Assembly: GCF_902713615.1 (NCBI RefSeq)
Contig: NC_052151.1
Coordinates: forward strand, 125,053,927 to 125,117,926
Reading direction: 5' to 3'
Source of the DNA: Scyliorhinus canicula
Lineage: Eukaryota
Length of the DNA stretch: 64,000 nt
The notes under the pieces are model-generated. The model was not told the DNA's origin. It searched no databases and was given only the letters and a program-made list of their open reading frames with translations. Positions 25,800-38,603 of this stretch are shown here, piece by piece. How positions within the stretch are numbered: position 1 is the first letter of the stretch; every line of letters begins with the position of its first letter. Made by a program: the position numbers and the translations under genes.

Positions 25800-26750
25800 T
25801 AGTTTGTTTTCTTTTCTCAGATTATCATTCATGGTCTGGCTTAGGTGATGGGGTACTGTACCTCCATCTTGTAGATTTGGCATTCACCTCTCTGTGATGA
25901 ATTGGCACGCTGCACAGGCGATGTGTTTGCAGCTGCTTGGCTTGCGTTAGAAGGAGTTGTGCTTGATAATGCTGCTGTTGTGTTACTTGTTGATGACATT
26001 GTTGATGTCGCACTGCTTGTTGGTGATGCTGGTAATATTGTCTCACTGGTTAGTAATGTTGCCAGTGTTGTTGTTGATCTTTCCTGCTTCTCTGACGTAG
26101 GCCGTATACTGGAGTTTTTTCTCTACCTGGCTTATATTTCAGAGGGAAACCATAACTGAAACCTCAAGAGTTACCTCTGCAGTTTTGCTGGTGCTTTACC
26201 CAGATTTTTCTTGTCGGTCAGCTTCAATGGATGATGATCAGTGTCGAGTGTGATCATACTCCTATAGGGATATACATGGAATTTTACACATCCATACAAA
26301 ACAGCCTCAAACATTCTTTCTCTATTGTCATATAAAGGTGCCAGCTTAAGACCAAGCTAAGGATGTGAAAGCATCTGAAGTTTTCCCTCTTGTAACAAGG
26401 TTTACTGTCTTGTACTACAGCTGCTCCAGTCCTTTTGTACTTGCAGAATGATAGGCTTCTTTCTGTTGTCGCAAGACAGACTTGTTCCTTGTAACTTGTT
26501 TGAGTTTGTTGAATTCCCTAGTGTGTGACTCTGACCACTGGCACACAACATCGCTTTTCATCAGGTCTGGTAGGTTTGCTGTGTGTTCTGACATGTGAGG
26601 TACGGAAGAACTCAAGTAACGGATCAAGCCAAGGAAACATCTCCACTCTCCTTTGTCTATTGGAGCTTTCACCTCTTGAGATAGCTATGACTTTTTCAGG
26701 ATTGTCAACAACGAAATATTCCTAATCAGGCTTCATATTCCCGTAGCCAT
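25800..26750 (-). mobile_element. Degraded Gypsy pol remnant (RT thumb / RNase H region)
   Basis: ORF 26415-26672 MKAPIDKGEWRCFLGLIRYLSSSVPHMSEHTANL...QWSESH. Similar segments near 25600 and 29170 may be LTR remnants. Confidence 0.6.
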
Positions 26751-26799
26751 TTCTGACATCAAGATTCACCATCCCTTCATCATAAGGTCAAATTTGGAG

Positions 26800-27570
26800 A
26801 TCGTCACTGCTGATTGCATAATGTTCAGCACCATTCGCAACTGCTCAGGTGCTGAAGCAATCGGTGTTCCTGTGCAGCTAGGCCTGGACAACGTTCAACT
26901 CTCAGGCTTGGGCTGATAAGTGGCACGTAACAGTCACAACAAGAGAGAATCTAACCGCCTTCCCTGAACATTCAATGGCTTTACAGTTGAATGATCTTTG
27001 TCTGCTTCCTCCTGAGTGGGTAGAGAGGATGGGGGGGGGGGGGGGGGGGGGGGAATGGGGGATGAGGTTACCATTGACCAAAAGCTGAACTGGACTAGCC
27101 ATACAAATATTGTGGCTACAAGAGCAGGTCAATGGCTGGGAATTTTGAAGTAGGTAACTCACCTTCTGAATCCCCAAAGCCTGCCGCCCAGCTACAAGAC
27201 TCCATTCAGGGGCTTGAATGATTGCAGCCCCAGCAACGTGGAAGAGGATGGACACCATCCAGGACAAAACAGCCCACTTGATCAGCTCCTATTTCTCCAC
27301 CTTAAAGATTAACTCCCTCCATCACTGATGTACAATAGCAGCCGTGTACTAGGTACAAGATGCACTGCAGTAACCCATACAGGCTCCTACAACAGGGCCT
27401 TCCAACCCTGCTACTGCTACAACCAAAAGGGCAAGGGCAGCAGAGACATAGGAAAACCAACAATTGCAATTTCCTCACTTAAGTCATCACACACCATGCT
27501 GACTTGGAACTATATTTCCATTCCTTCAATTGTTGCTGGGTCAAAATGCTGGAACTGCCATCCTATCAGC
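26800..27570 (+). mobile_element. CR1/L2-group LINE 3' fragment; second piece at about 27750-27950
   Basis: ADD-like motif (gctgat...tgc), WADKW (tgggctgataagtgg) and RAGQ.LGIL (agagcaggtcaatggctgggaatt). Confidence 0.6.
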
Positions 27571-30351
27571 ACTGTGAGGCAGTCAAACTGAATAGAATAC
27601 AAGAGAAACAATTTTCACTCTGTGAAATATATATTGCACATTACAAATGGTACTGTATTGCCCAGGCACCAGACTATTTAACAGATAAAGCATGGCCACC
27701 TTAAGCTGATTATTGTTGAAGTTACAGCATTCCAAATTCTGGAAGGTTACTGTTGACCAGACGCTGAACTGGACCAGCCATATAAATACTATGGTGAGAA
27801 GAACAGATCAGAGGCTGCAAATATATGTAGCTACACCATGCACTGCTGCAATTTAAGAAGGCAAGCATGGCACCACCTGCTCAGTGGCAATTAGAGATGG
27901 GCAACAAATGCTAGTGTAGCCATGGATACCAACATCCCATCAACAAATAAAAACAAATGTTCCTTGTTTCTGATCAGATGTCCTACCATCAACTCTCAGT
28001 GTTGCCTTTTCACCTCAAGGTTACGGAGATAAGCTGCAGCTCTTCGTAACTGCTGAACCCCAGAATAGCAAAACCTGTCTCAATAACGAGGGCATCATTT
28101 TCTTTGTGTGTCCTTCTAAATGGAGTTATTCCTAGCTGCCAAATTTCAGTATCACCAGATTCCATTAGCCTGACATTGCCTGGTTTCAGAGGATCTTTCT
28201 TGGAGAACCGTTTTCTTATCTATTTCCAGAAAGAGCCTTTGGGCTCATCTGAGTGGGATGTTACTGTGTTCTGGTATGAAGCTTTATGGTTGTGGGCTGA
28301 TTTCTCACCCTTTTCCTGATCTGACTGGTTATGTGAATTTATTTTCTCTATGGTCGTTATGGTTCCAGTGCTAACTGTGTCCTCGAACTTTATCATCCTC
28401 CATCGTGTCCATGATTTTTTTATTTGCCATGTTGCTCTTCCTCTGATAAATCATTTACCATCTTTTTTAGTTCTGCACATGTTTTCCCAGTGATTGGGCT
28501 TTCCACAATGACTGCAGTATGATTCAGATGTGGGATATTTCCTTCTATCAGTGAAATCGTGGTTGTCCATCTCTCTTGCGTATTTCTTTCTCTGTCTGGT
28601 GTGCTTTAACTGTATTAATCCTGCTACCTTTTTCTTGACTGAACTGAAAGTTAGTACATTGGACAGTCAGCGTATTCATCTGTCTACTTGTGGGTTGCTG
28701 CTGTCTCAGCTATCAAACAACCTCAACCCCTTTTCCTGTGCACAAAAAGGATGTAGCTGGCCTGTTGCCCTTCAGTTGTGCCTTTTAAAAAGCTACTGAA
28801 CATCAGTCTGCACTTTTGTTTAAACTTTAAATATCTCCACGACATCAGCCTCACAGTTGATTATGGGCTGTGGCTGTGTGTTCATTGCTACGGCAGTGGT
28901 GGCCATTTTATTTCTCATGATTCACCCCGGTTTTCTTCTTGGTCTCTGGTACTAATTTCAATTTAATTTTCAACCTAATTCAGCATTAAACTAATTTTAA
29001 AATGTTTGGGATATCTTTTCACAGGTTGCTAACTGTTATGTTTTCTTTTTCCGTAAGTTAGAAATAATCACGCTTTAGCTTCAAAAAGCTGGAGCTTCAG
29101 TGAATGTATTTTTTTTTGCTCCTCTTCATGTAGCTGGTAGACTGATACCTTATTACCTGGCACTTGACTAGAGTGCAGCACCCAGATGTACATTCTCATA
29201 AGCAAGTTCCATGATTTTTACAAATAATGTAACAATATAACAAAAGGTTTGAATGTATGAGTTTCCCTTCCACCAAATAATGATTTTGTATAATGGTAGA
29301 GTTTTGCTCCTACACCTCAAGTATTTTCATTTTTTTTACGCAAACTTCTACAGATGTTGCTCACACCCAGATACACTCTGCAAAATGTGAACATTGTTCT
29401 CCTGGGGTCATGAAAATATTAGCAAAATTGAATGAACCTTTCTATTTTCTTGAACAATACTGTCTATTACCCAGAGGTAAGCAGTACCATCGTTGCACAA
29501 AACATGCCTGTGTATAGCAAGGGAATATGCCAGTTTTAAAAAAAGTATGGAAAGATTGGAGATCCCAGTTTGAAGACTAATGTTGTAGCTGGCAGTTGGT
29601 AAACGAAAGGCAAGTCGTAGCATTAGTCCAGCCCGTTAGACTTTCAAATAGAAATACTTTTAAATGGTGATCTGCAAGTTCTGTAATGCCAGATTAGGAT
29701 CACCTATGAAAGAAGTGTAAGGTCCTCATTGTCTTGCATGCTTTCCTGATGATGTAAAAATCTGTTCTGTAAGCCTCATTTAATAGTATGCCAAACAAAA
29801 CTTCAGCTTGCAACAGCAGTGCAGTGCCAGTTCCAGGGAGATGTGAAGACAAGTACTCAGCCTTCCAGTTCTGCTATAAGAGCAGCTGAGTGTTCAAGGG
29901 CACTGGAGGATTTTCTGGCGTATTAACAAGTGATTAAAAAGTAAATCTGACTAACATGGAAAGTTTTACTTCAACGATAATCGGGTTTAGGTGGCTGTGC
30001 ATTCAAAGTACAGTGACCAGGCTTTCTTTGTCAAGTAAAATGGAGACTGTACAATACCTCGCCATTTATTATGTGCAATATATATGTTACATAGTGAAAA
30101 TGTTTTTTCTTGTATTCCACCCAGTTGTTGTGGCTCATATTTCTGCCCCTTTGTAATAAGGTGGGGAAGCCTGTGTCTTCTCAGTTACTGCTTCAAAGAC
30201 ACTCCATAATCATCTGATACCAGGTGCATTTTCTAGGAAGGAACAGGTTATTTATTTTCATGCAAACATTTGTGCTTCCAGGAAATGCTCCATCATGTGG
30301 CTTGGTAGAAAATTGCACTTTTAAATAAACCCAAACTCTTGAGTTTCATTA

Positions 30352-30415
30352 AAAGCAAAATACTGTGGATCCTAGAAATCTGAATTAAAAACAAAATCTG
30401 ATCGGTCATTATTTA
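30352..30415 (-). mobile_element. 64-bp insertion (Penelope-type terminal fragment) with 15-bp TSD
   Basis: TCTTGAGTTTCATTA at 30337-30351 and 30416-30430; insert begins aaagcaaaatactgtggatcctagaaatctgaa. Confidence 0.6.
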
Positions 30416-31197
30416 TCTTGAGTTTCATTACCTTGGAGTTGGAATCCAGTGGTTGCAGCATTAATGTTCCTGGGCAGCCTCTAAAATAGGTCCATTGTTA
30501 ACCATCATGGCTAAAATTACAGAATCATCTCAAATTCATGGTACCCAATGCTATGTCTTAAGACCCCGTCAGCTTGATGCAAACTTCACGAAATATAAAA
30601 ATAAATGTATACAAGCCTTGTGTTTCTAGATGTTATTTTGTCCCTGTGCGAAGGATGAGTTGAGATGTACAAGTTTGCAGTGAAATTGAAGATTCTTTTT
30701 CAAATTGTTTTTTTATGTGTTGTGAAGAGATTTGACAATCTCTGTAAATTAGTGACTGATTGCTTACTGTTGATTAATTCATCTTAATTGATGCTCTCAA
30801 CATTGGACTGGAAGGTTTGTAGAGATTGATTGTGCTGGAATGACCTCAATATTATCTTCATCTGATGACTGAGCATTGCTGATGGGTCTCTTGAGCTGTT
30901 AATTGGGTGTAACATTGAACCCAAGATCCCATCTGCCTGTTCAGGCGGATAACAATAATTGAGAAAGAATATGGACTTGGAAGACATTCGTTCCTCGTTT
31001 CACCTTGAATAGGTTAACTGGCTTTTCATCTCAATGCGCTTGATGAAATGTGCTGTGTGCAAATTGACTCATGTAACCTTTGGTGGAATTTGTGTAATAC
31101 CTTCATCGCTACACCACTACATTACTTCCATAGTAGTTTTTACAACATGATGCTTTTTATTTCAAATGTACAGTTTTTTGTGCTCCACATCTTAAAG

Positions 31198-31585
31198 CAG
31201 GGGTGGGCAAACTTTTCCGTGCAAGGGCCACATTCAGAAATTCACAATTCACAAAGGGCCGCATAGTATATTAAGTAAAATAATTACTTCACCCGGTTAT
31301 GATTCTGGGCGCCTCATATAGAACATAGAACAGTACAGCACAGAACAGGCCCTTCGGCCCTCGACGTTGTGCCGAGCAATGATCACCCTACTCAAGTCAA
31401 CGTATCCACCCTATACCAGTAAGTAACCCAACAGTCCCCCCCCATTAACATTAAAAAAAAATTAAAAAAAAAAAAAAAAAAAATTTTTAAAAAAAAATTT
31501 TTTTTTTTTTTAATGACTTGGTGGGCCGCAGAAATACCTTTGGCAGGCCGCATGCGGCCCGCGGGCCGTAGTTTGCCCACCCCTG
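31198..31585. mobile_element. hAT (Charlie/MER58-like) MITE, 8-bp TSD TCTTAAAG, carrying a SINE tail fragment
   Basis: Perfect 16-bp TIR CAGGGGTGGGCAAACT / AGTTTGCCCACCCCTG; TSD at 31190-31197 and 31586-31593. Confidence 0.92.
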
Positions 31586-32307
31586 TCTTAAAGGGTGACA
31601 TTAACCTTCAGTGTAAATAAATGTAGAGTGTAACTTGGCAAAACAATGTGCTCTTCCGGTATGGCGGACTCAAAAGTGTCTTTCTGAACATACCACGTTG
31701 TAGGCTTAGAAAGCATACGACTGAAACGAGGGGGTGGATTTATGTTCTCCCGCTGGAGCAAAATTGCAACCGTTTTACGATCCCCCTTGGGACCATAAAT
31801 CAGGAAGCAATTCAGTGTCCCTTGCCATGCAAATTTATGCCGATGAATATGAAGGATTCCCACTATTGGGCTATCATTTCGAACGGGCGGCCTGATAACT
31901 GTCCACCCTCCTCGCACTGCAAAACAGCCACGAACCTCCCTGAAGTGAATTTAACAGCGGTGATGCTATTATGATGGTGTGCATGTAATAGTGCCATGAT
32001 AAAAAGTTAGATTTTATCTTTGTGAGTCAAATGTCTTGTGCACTGAGAACACAAATTATGTCATCAGCCAATCCCTTACCAATGGCTATTCATAACTTTG
32101 CTGAATATTTTGTCCTCGTTCCTTTTATTTTGATTTGTTCACATTAGCGTGGAGGGACAATCCGCTGGTGTATTTTCACAGATCCTACTTTTAGCATTGT
32201 GCAGAAAGATTCAGCTGCTCTGCTGCTTTTGATTCCAAGAGCTGCATGGTACATATTAATAAGCCATCAACATAAGAGTTTGACAGTACCTGGCGTCAGC
32301 ACACTCT

Positions 32308-32970
32308 GGGCGGGATTCTCCAATCCTGTGGCAGAGTGTCCACGCCGTCGTAAACACCGTCGCGTTTTACGACGGCGTGAATGGGCCGCTGCGAGGGCTA
32401 ACTCTGGCCCCTACAGGGGGCCAGTATGGCGCTGGAGCGGTTCGTGCTGCTCCAGCTGCCGGTCCCGGCACGAACTGTGCAGCGCGGGATCCGCGCATGC
32501 GCGGGTGCGCCGGTGCCAACACGCACATGCGCACTGGCCTCCTTCAATGCGCCGGCCCCGACACAACATGGCACAGGGCTACAGGGGCCGGCACGTAGGA
32601 AAGGAGCCCCAGCCAGAGAGGCCGGCCCGCTGATCGGTGGGCCCCATTTGCGGGCCAGGCCACATTGGAGGTCCCCCCCCCCCCCCCCCCCCCCCCCACA
32701 GGCCGCCCCCTGACCCTTCCACGCCGGGTTCCCGCCGGCTGAGAGCAGGTTAGAACAGCGGCGGAGGGACTTTGTTTTTTTTCACGGCCACTCGGCCCAT
32801 TCGGGCCGGAGAATCGGCGGGCTGACCATGCAGAGTGGCCCGCAACCGGCGCCCCGCCAACCAAGCCTGCGCCAATGGCGCTCTGCGGAGAATAGTGTGT
32901 CGGCGTCGGGCCGGCGTGGCCTGGTCGCGGGGATTGTCCGGCCAGGCTCAGGGCTGGGAGAATCCCGCCC
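32308..32970. mobile_element. Harbinger-like MITE, TSD TCT
   Basis: Perfect TIR GGGCGGGATTCTCC / GGAGAATCCCGCCC; TCT on both sides. Confidence 0.85.
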
Positions 32971-33317
32971 TCTGTCTCCAGCCTCCATTCCACAAGCTTT
33001 AATTTCCTGACTTCGTAGCAAGGTCGGGCTGATATATTTAAGTGTTAACTAAGGCCACACCCCTTCTCCAGAAGCCTGCCAATGTTTACTATTGAGGCTT
33101 GCACTTGAAAAACAGTCATATAGTCATTGAGATACTAGCTTGAGGCTGGCTTCAAAAAGCCATACTTCAGCAAGAGCTTAATACCTTTTATTCCAGGCTT
33201 TCCTAATTTTTTTCAGCTGTGGAGCACTTTGTGACTTCCCAAAAGCATTGGGGAGCGCCAAACATTCTGAACATTTTAAGACACATTTTTATCTATTAGG
33301 TGTGAACACAAAAACAA

Positions 33318-33898
33318 GGGCCGGTATTCTCCGACCCCGCTGGGAGAATCGCGCGCCGACGCCGACTTTCCGATTCTCCCATGCCGTTTCCCGGCGGCCA
33401 TAGGATTCCAGCCGCGCCGATCGGGTGACATTGAAAGCGGCTTCCCCGGCGTTTCTCTGGGCCCCGGTGGACTGAGTCCCGCCGGCGTGGGTTACTCAGG
33501 TCCCACACAGCGGGTCTTGGAAGGTGAGTCTGCGGGGGCCGTCCTGGAGGGGAGGAGGAACCCCATTGTGCTCTGGCCCGCGATCGGGCTGGTTCCATGG
33601 GTGCCTATGTTCCTCTGTGACGGGCTCCGCCATATTGCTTGGGGGCCGGCGCGGAGAAGGGAACCCCTGCGCATGCACAGAAATACACCGACTTAGCATG
33701 CATGCATGGAATCACGCCGGCCGGTCCGCACATGTGCGAACTCGCGCCGGCTGGAGCTGTGGGGACCAATCCGGCACCAACCTAGCCCCCTAGGAAGGGG
33801 AGCATTCTCCATTATCGGGGACCATTGACGTCGGAGTGGTTGGCATCGCTTTTCATGCCGGCGTGGGGACTTTGCCCCATTATTGGAGAATCACGCCC
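33318..33898. mobile_element. Harbinger-like MITE (related subfamily)
   Basis: GGGCCGGTATTCTCC / GGAGAATCACGCCC termini; CpG-rich body. Confidence 0.75.
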
Positions 33899-33959
33899 AA
33901 AATGTCTGCAAGTCTGTTCTCGGTATATGTGTAAAACTACGTGCTATGCACATGTGTCT

Positions 33960-33990
<31 letters not shown>

Positions 33991-34109
33991 CCCACACGTC
34001 CTTTACCTCAAATAGGTACCCTTCCCATAGACCCCATATAGCCTTTCGATTTATATTATTGGTTGTTCATCAGTTTTTACATGGTCAGTACTATACAGTT
34101 ACTATGTTT

Positions 34110-36075
34110 GACAAAGAACAAAGAAAAATACAGCACAGGAACAAGCCCTTCAGCCCTCCAAGCCTGTACCGGTGATGATACCAACCTTGGCCAAATCCTC
34201 AGCACTTACTAATGCTGTATCCCTCTATACACATCTTATCCATGTATTTGTCGAGATGCCTTTTGAACGTCATTAATGCTTTTACAACATACCCTGGCAG
34301 TGCATTGCAGGCACTCAACACCCTCTGTAAAATAACCTGCCTCGCACATTTCCTCTAAACTTTACCCCACGGACCTTAATCCTATGCTCCCTGGTGACTG
34401 ACCCCTCCACCCTGGGAAAGAGTGCCTGCCTATCCAAACTATCCATGCCTCTTATAATCTTGTAGCCCTCTATCAGGTCGCCCCTCAACCTCCGTAGTTC
34501 TAATGAAAACAGTTCCAGTCTATTCAGCCTCTCTGCATAGCTAACACCCTACAGACCAGGCAAGATCCTGGTTAACCTCCTCTGCATCCTCTCCAAAGCC
34601 TCCATCTCCTTCTGGTAGTGTGATGACCAGAATTGAGTGCAATATTCCAAGTCCTGCCTCACCAAGTTTCTATACAACTGTAGCATGACTTGCCAGTTTT
34701 TATACTCAATGCCTCAATGCCCCGTAACAGCCTTCCCGAACAGGCGCTGGACTGTGGCGACTAGGGGCTTTTCACAGTAACTTCATTTGGAGCCTACTCA
34801 TGACAATAAGCGATTTTCATTTTTCATTTCATTTCATCCCATGAAGGCAAGCATTCCGTATACTTTCTTGACTACCTTGTCCACTTGTGTTGCCACTTTT
34901 GAAGATCTGTGGACAGCACTCCCAGATCTCTCTGACTTTCTATATTCCCAAGAGTTTTGCCATTTACTGTATATTTCCCCTCTATGTTAGACCTATCAAA
35001 ATGCATTACCTCACATTTGTCGGGATTAAACTCCATTTGCCATTTCTTTGTCCAAGTCTCCAACCTATCTATGTCCTGCTGTATCCTCTGACAATTCTCC
35101 ACACTAACTCCCACTCCACCAACCTTGGTGTCATCCGTGAACTTGTTTATGTATTCTACAGACAACAGAGGCTTCAGCACCGATCCCTGTAGGACACCAC
35201 TAGCCACAACCTTCCATTCAGAAAAACACCCTTCTACTGCTACCCTTTGCCTTCTGTGATCGAGCCAGTTCTGTATCCATCTTTCCACCTCACCTCTGAT
35301 CCTGTGTGACTTCACCTTTTGTACCAGTCTGCCATGAAGCACCTTGTCAAAGGCTTTACTGATGTCCATGTAAACAACACCCATCGTCCTCCCCTCATCA
35401 ATCATCTTTGTCACCTCCTCAAAAAACTCAGTCAGGTTACTGAGGCAAGACCTCCCCTTCACAAGACCATGCTGTCTATCGCTAATGGATCCAGTTGCTT
35501 CCAAATGGGTATAAATCCTGTCCTGAGAATTCTCTCCAATAATTTACACCGCTGTGAGGCTCACCAGCCTATAGTTTCCAGGATTATCCCTACTACCTTT
35601 CTTAAACAGTGGTACCACATTAACTATTCTCCAGCCCTCTGGGAGCTCACCTGTAGCCAATGAGGATACAAAGATGTCAGTCAAGGCCCCAGCAATTTCC
35701 TCCCATGATTTCTTCAGTATTCTAGGGTAAATCCCATTAGGCACAGGAGACTTATCTACCTTAATGCTTTTTAAAATACCCAATACCTCCTTTTTGATGG
35801 CAACATGGCCCAGACTATCCACACACCCTACCCCACCCTAGCCACAAAGTCCTTTTGTTTAATGCAAAGTACCCATTTAGTACCTTGCCCATTTCCTCAG
35901 GCTTAAGACATAGATACCCCACTGTCCTTAAATGGCCAAATCCTTTCCCAGGCTACCCTCTTGCTTTTTACATATGAATAAAAAGCTTTGGGATTCACAT
36001 TAATCCTACTTGCCAAGGATGTTTCATGACTCCTCCTAGCCCTCCTAATTTCCTGCTTAAGTACCTTCCTACTTT
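34110..36075 (-). mobile_element. 5'-truncated CR1 LINE (RT region and 3' UTR), frameshifted
   Basis: ORFs 35544-35822 and 34872-35504: DKSP...PGNYRLVSLT, QHGLVKGRSCL, DISKAFDKV, SGVLQGSVL, KFTDDTK; tail at 34110. Confidence 0.92.
34721..34837 (+). mobile_element. Truncated (TTTCA)n-tailed SINE inserted in the CR1
   Basis: GTGGCGACTAGGGGCTTTTCACAGTAACTTCATTTG...GATTTTCATTTTTCATTTCA. Confidence 0.8.
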
Positions 36076-36974
36076 ATTTATTTATTTATTGTAAGACACC
36101 TTTCTGTTCCTTTATATGGTTTGGGCGCTGATGTAGTTAGAATGTAGGTGTCCACTACATTAACATCAGTAATTAAGTCTACAATACACCAAGCACAGAT
36201 TTGTGCCTCAGATGTTACAGCAATAAGCCCAAGTATTTTATTGAAAGTGTTTTTTTATAATTTAATTTTGGTACATTGTATTTAAAAATTAATTTCACAA
36301 ATTGTGTTACGATCCCAGTTGATGTTTTAACTGGACGGGAAGATCCCAGAATGGATCCCTGGCTCAAAGGACTGTAACTTTTACTTTTTAAAAAACAAAA
36401 CGTGAATGAACAGTCACAGGACTGCTATTTAGTTTTAAATATAAGGTACAAACATTTTTTAAACATGAAAATATTGGATTATGAAACAATACTTCTTTAA
36501 AGACTAACATGAACTACAGGATATATCTTAAACTACGATGGCCTCAGTAACCCAACATTCCTTTAAACACACAAAATGGCTGTGGATTGCTCCTCAGAAT
36601 CTCCTCAGATGATTGTCTCATAAGAGGTTCCATATGTCACTCCCAATGAACATGCTTTACAATCTTCTTTTAGAATAATGCTACTCAATAGCAGTTTGCA
36701 CTCTGAAATTCAGTCCAGGTTTTCCAAATTACTCTTTAAACAAAGCTTCAACTCCACAGTTAACAGTAAATCCAGTAGCTATGTTTTACACCACCCCCTT
36801 TAGGATTTCCATAGAATCCCTACAATTCAGCCCATCGAGTTTACACTGACCCTCTGGGAAAGCATCCGAATTAGGCCCACTTTTATGCCCCATCTCTGGA
36901 ACCCCTCCAAACCTGTACATATTTGGACTGTGGGAGGAAACTCGGATATGGAGAGGACGTGTCTGCATCAATTA

Positions 36975-37670
36975 GCCAAGGTGGAGATGGTTGACAGCTT
37001 CAAATTCTTTGGTGTGTACATCTCCAACTATCTGTCCCGGTTCACCCACATCGACACTACAACAGCGCCTGTACTTCCTCAGGAAATTAAGGGAATTTGG
37101 CATGTCCACATTGACTCTCAGCAATTTTTACAGATGCACCATAGAAAGCATCCTGTCTGCATCACAAACTGGTATGGCAACTGCTCGGCCCAAGACGGTA
37201 AGAAACCACAGAGAGTCGTGAACACAGCCCAGTACATCACGCAAATCTGCCTCCCATCCATTTACTCTGTGTACACCTCCTGCTGCCTTGGGAAAGTGGG
37301 CAGCATAATCAAAGACCCTTCCCACCCGGGTTATTCCACTCTCCCATCGGGCAGGAGATACAAAAGTCTGAGAACACGCACTAACAGGTTCAAAAACGGC
37401 TTCTTCCCTTCTGTTACCAGACTCCTGAATGGCCCCTCTTCTGGACTGATCTTATCTCTTCACACATCTTCTCTACTGAGTGGTACTGCACTCTGTATGC
37501 TTCACCCGATGCCTGTGTCTATGTATTTACATTGTGTATTTATGTATGTCCTTTGTTTTGTTTTCATGTATGGAATTATCTGTCTGGACTGTACGAAGAA
37601 CAATACTTTTCACTGTACCTCGGTACATGTGACAATAGAACAAATCAAATCTAATCCAAATTCCAATTGA
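36975..37670 (+). mobile_element. Rex1/Babar LINE 3' fragment, inside a degraded minus-strand SINE
   Basis: VDSFKFFGVYIS, QQRLYFLRKLREF, FYRCTIESIL, WYGNC, KDPSHPG..LPSGRRY...RFKNGFFP; (CAAAT)n-like tail. Confidence 0.88.
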
Positions 37671-38397
37671 AACTGTGTTCCTGACACTGTGAAGTAGCAG
37701 AGCTAACCACCATGCACCATGCCATCTTTGTCTTGACTGCTGTACAAACTGCTCATAATTAATTGCTTTAACTCTCGATTCCCAGACTCTATTAAGGTGG
37801 CATCAAAGTATTGATTTACCTCTGAAGTCTGCTATTCCACTTTAAATCTGGTTCCTGCAATTGTCTCTTTAACTCAGAATACTTGGTTTACTATTCCTTG
37901 AATTGTTCAGAACACTAAATACCTTGGTTTCTGTTCTTGTAATTTAGCCATCATAAGATTTTTTTTTGTCCAAATTCCTTGGTTATCTGGGCAGTAACTG
38001 GTTCTTTGGGAAGCCTACCTCTTTGCAAGTCCAGTCCTGACCAGTCTTTCTTCTGCCAGAGTTGAGAGATGTTCACTCCCTCCCTAGTGTCCTTCTTCAA
38101 CTGGCAATAAATTCAGATAAATGCAGAACAAAAAAGCTTTATTCAGAGGATGGCTTAACAAAGCGTGGACCTACTTGTCCTAGGACCTGTTTGAAGCCAA
38201 TAGTCAATAGAATGGGGGTAGAGTGGGGTGGGGGGAGGGCACACAGGAGCCAATGGGACCACAGGGAAGTGCGTGGGGAGCCTACCAGAAAAAAGAGGAG
38301 AGGACCAGAAAATGACCAACACAGAGGCCAGAGAGCCTCGAACAAGAGCAGAGGAAAAGGCACCCCATAGGAAGGCTGAAAACAGGACAGGAAACTG

Positions 38398-38603
38398 ATA
38401 TGAAATGAAATGAAAAATGAAATGAATGAAATGAAAATCGCTTATTGCCACAACTGGCTTCAAATGAAGTTACTGTGAAAAGCCCCGAGTCGCCACATTC
38501 CGGCGCCTGTTTGGGGAGGCTGGTACGGGAATTGAACCATGCTGCTGGCCTGCCTTGGTCTGCTTTCAAAGCCAGTGATTTAGCCCTGTGCTAAACCAGC
38601 CCC
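38398..38603 (-). mobile_element. Short SINE with (TTTCA)n tail
   Basis: Same family as 15910-16100. Confidence 0.88.

Noticed and set aside
25825-26046. Gln-rich ORF
   Set aside because: Low-complexity (CAA/CAG) segment within a decayed Gypsy remnant; no splice or homology support.
36885-37670. 261-aa ORF as a host gene
   Set aside because: Patchwork of SINE sequence, frameshifted Rex1/Babar ORF and 3' UTR.
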